Source of the DNA: a virus
IMG/VR virus record: IMGVR_UViG_3300010397_000045
Coordinates: 9,000 to 72,999 of that record
Strand: one strand, 5' to 3'
DNA: 64,000 bases
Shown here: in pieces, positions 62,363-64,000 of the stretch
Layout of the letters: every line of letters starts with the position of its first letter
Position numbering within the stretch: position 1 is the first letter of the stretch
The notes under the pieces: model-generated
The model's input: the letters and a program-made list of their open reading frames with translations, nothing else
Databases searched by the model: none
What the model was told of the DNA's origin: nothing
Program-made: the position numbers and the translations under genes

Positions 62363-62947
62363 TTACATTTTCAAAAAGCTGTCCCGCCGATGCTCGATCA
62401 CACCGACGACGTCGGGCTCGCACCAACCTTCCGGCTTTACGACTTCACCGGCTGTGTAGTTACGCGGCTTCACGGGATCACCCTCGCGCCACGGACGTTT
62501 CTGCATGTTGGCCCGGTTAACCTCGTTCAATACCTCATCGAACGGCACACCCATGTAGTGTGCAGTACCGGCAGCGATCCAGGCGAGGTCCACCAGCGCG
62601 TCGGCCGCCTTCACGATGTCCCCTTCCGTATGCGCCTCGACGAACTCGCGCAACTCTTCGAACAGGAAGTTTACCCGGTACTTGAAGTCCGCGTAACGCA
62701 TGATATGTGGGCGCATGTCATCGACATGTGGTAACCCCATCTTCTTGTGGAACTCACCCACCATCTCGAACATCGTTCGCGGTAATACGACATCGGTCGA
62801 TAACGCCACACCGCGCCGCTTCAATTCAAATACCAGATCTCCCATGCTTAACCCTTCCAGCTGACACCTCGTCGACTTTGTTTCCAGTTCTGGCGATGGG
62901 TTTCCGTTCGGACCATCTGGACAATACACCATGTTAATCTCCTTCAC
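62363..62947 (-). CDS. MazG-like nucleoside triphosphate pyrophosphohydrolase (DR2231/PRA-PH-like)
   Basis: VGEFH...EELREF...ADALVDL...EVNRANMQK...VVKPEGW. Confidence 0.88.
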   Translation of the reverse strand: MKEINMVYCPDGPNGNPSPELETKSTRCQLEGLSMGDLVFELKRRGVALSTDVVLPRTMFEMVGEFHKKMGLPHVDDMRPHIMRYADFKYRVNFLFEELREFVEAHTEGDIVKAADALVDLAWIAAGTAHYMGVPFDEVLNEVNRANMQKRPWREGDPVKPRNYTAGEVVKPEGWCEPDVVGVIEHRRDSFLKM

Positions 62948-64000
62948 TCTTTACCTGCCAATTTACGTTTGTTCCAGGAGACGTCCGCGGACGTCGCCTT
63001 GCTATTTGGAAACTCAGCCCGGATCGTCTCGAGTATCCGCGCCGTGGGATCACCCGCCAGCAGGAGCTCCCGTATACGCTTGCCCACCCCTGGCCGCGAG
63101 GTCTCCTTGAAGGTTTTTACCACAGCCGGCGGCTCCACCCGCAAAGGCACCTTGGACTTCGGCCGCAAATCAACATCTCGTGTTTCGATCTTATCACGCA
63201 GAATTGTGACCTCCTCGGGTACCATCACTAGCGGTTTCTTGTTGCGACGGATGCCTATTGCCACAATGCGTGCTAGATACTTTGCTACGGGTGGGAGCAC
63301 GGCACGGCCAATCTGCGCGAATTGAGAGGAGGGGCCGCCGGTGAATGTGTACCCTTCCGGGTACCCGCAGAGTGCCGCCTGCTCTTCGGTCGAGAGAAAC
63401 CGGTGCTTGGTAGGATGCACGAACTCGCCTCCACCCAACACAACCGGGGCGTAGCGGTCCATTCTTAAACGTGATACCAGGTAACCTGGGCGGCCCTTGA
63501 TACGGCCGTCTTCCACCACCGGGTCCGGATTTCTACGATCGAACACCTCGCGGACCTTTTCACCGGGTTTAACCAACTTCAAAATACCCTTGAATGGCCG
63601 TCCTTTGGTTTCAAGGATGGTCTCAGTCTTGAACTTACGGCCTTTCCAGGCGCGCTCGACGGTAGGTTCATAGTTGAGATGAGTCGGCTGCCAATCAAGC
63701 TGCACCTTGCTCAGCACCAGGAAGAACCGCAAGCGCTTCTGTGGTACCCCGTGCTCGAGCGCATTGCACAGGATGTAGGTTGGTTTGTACCCCATTGCCA
63801 TGCCTTGGCGGGCCAGGTCGTCGATCATCTGCCGGCCATCAGAGTAGACGCCCCGCACGGATTCACATGCCCATACGGTGGGTTTCAACCGCTTGATAAG
63901 ATCGAAGCAGTTGACCCAGTGAACCATACGGGGGTCCTGTCGCCAGGCGCCACCCGCTTTGCCACCAGCCCGGGACCAAGGGGCGCAGGGAGGGTTGCAA
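62944..64000 (-). CDS. DNA cytosine-5 methyltransferase, 5' end truncated by the window edge
   Basis: Frame open to the edge: CNPPCAPWS (motif IV), ESV (VI variant), GVPQKRLRFF (VIII), RFLSTEEQAALCGYP (IX), QIGRAV (X variant). Confidence 0.88.
   Translation of the reverse strand, partial: CNPPCAPWSRAGGKAGGAWRQDPRMVHWVNCFDLIKRLKPTVWACESVRGVYSDGRQMIDDLARQGMAMGYKPTYILCNALEHGVPQKRLRFFLVLSKVQLDWQPTHLNYEPTVERAWKGRKFKTETILETKGRPFKGILKLVKPGEKVREVFDRRNPDPVVEDGRIKGRPGYLVSRLRMDRYAPVVLGGGEFVHPTKHRFLSTEEQAALCGYPEGYTFTGGPSSQFAQIGRAVLPPVAKYLARIVAIGIRRNKKPLVMVPEEVTILRDKIETRDVDLRPKSKVPLRVEPPAVVKTFKETSRPGVGKRIRELLLAGDPTARILETIRAEFPNSKATSADVSWNKRKLAGKE

Overview
A 64-kb slice of a roughly 59% GC tailed phage genome; both ends cut through genes. 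It has contractile-tail (myovirus) architecture of the DUF1073-portal / DUF2213-protease / DUF2184-capsid / DUF3383-sheath type. Layout: a leftward replication arm (1-10054) with a Toprim primase-helicase, an SSB-like protein and a Rieske-motif protein; an AT-rich divergent control/origin region (about 10060-10660); a rightward packaging, head, tail and lysis arm (10667-53214) interrupted by two large islands of Thr/Gly/Ala-repeat and carbohydrate-binding structural genes; and a leftward early/nucleotide-metabolism arm (53352-64000) with ThyX, a second TS-fold enzyme carrying the dCMP-type Asp, dCMP deaminase, dNMP kinase, a MazG-like pyrophosphatase and a C5 methyltransferase. The most striking signals are RNA-based. 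(i) Three type I hammerhead ribozymes each sit directly after a stop codon in the early operon (58019-59136). (ii) A ~330-nt closed-stem ncRNA (2361-2690) lies behind a DIP1984/DUF6847-like gene and contains a Leu-type tRNA body whose anticodon loop is replaced by a GAAA tetraloop, followed by an AAG-repeat tract. (iii) Two further promoter-linked rod-like RNAs are present. Also notable are a phosphatase-methyltransferase-Maf-like glycosyltransferase fusion in the head cluster and a NUDIX domain fused to the prohead protease. All family names come from motif recognition by eye, not from database searches.
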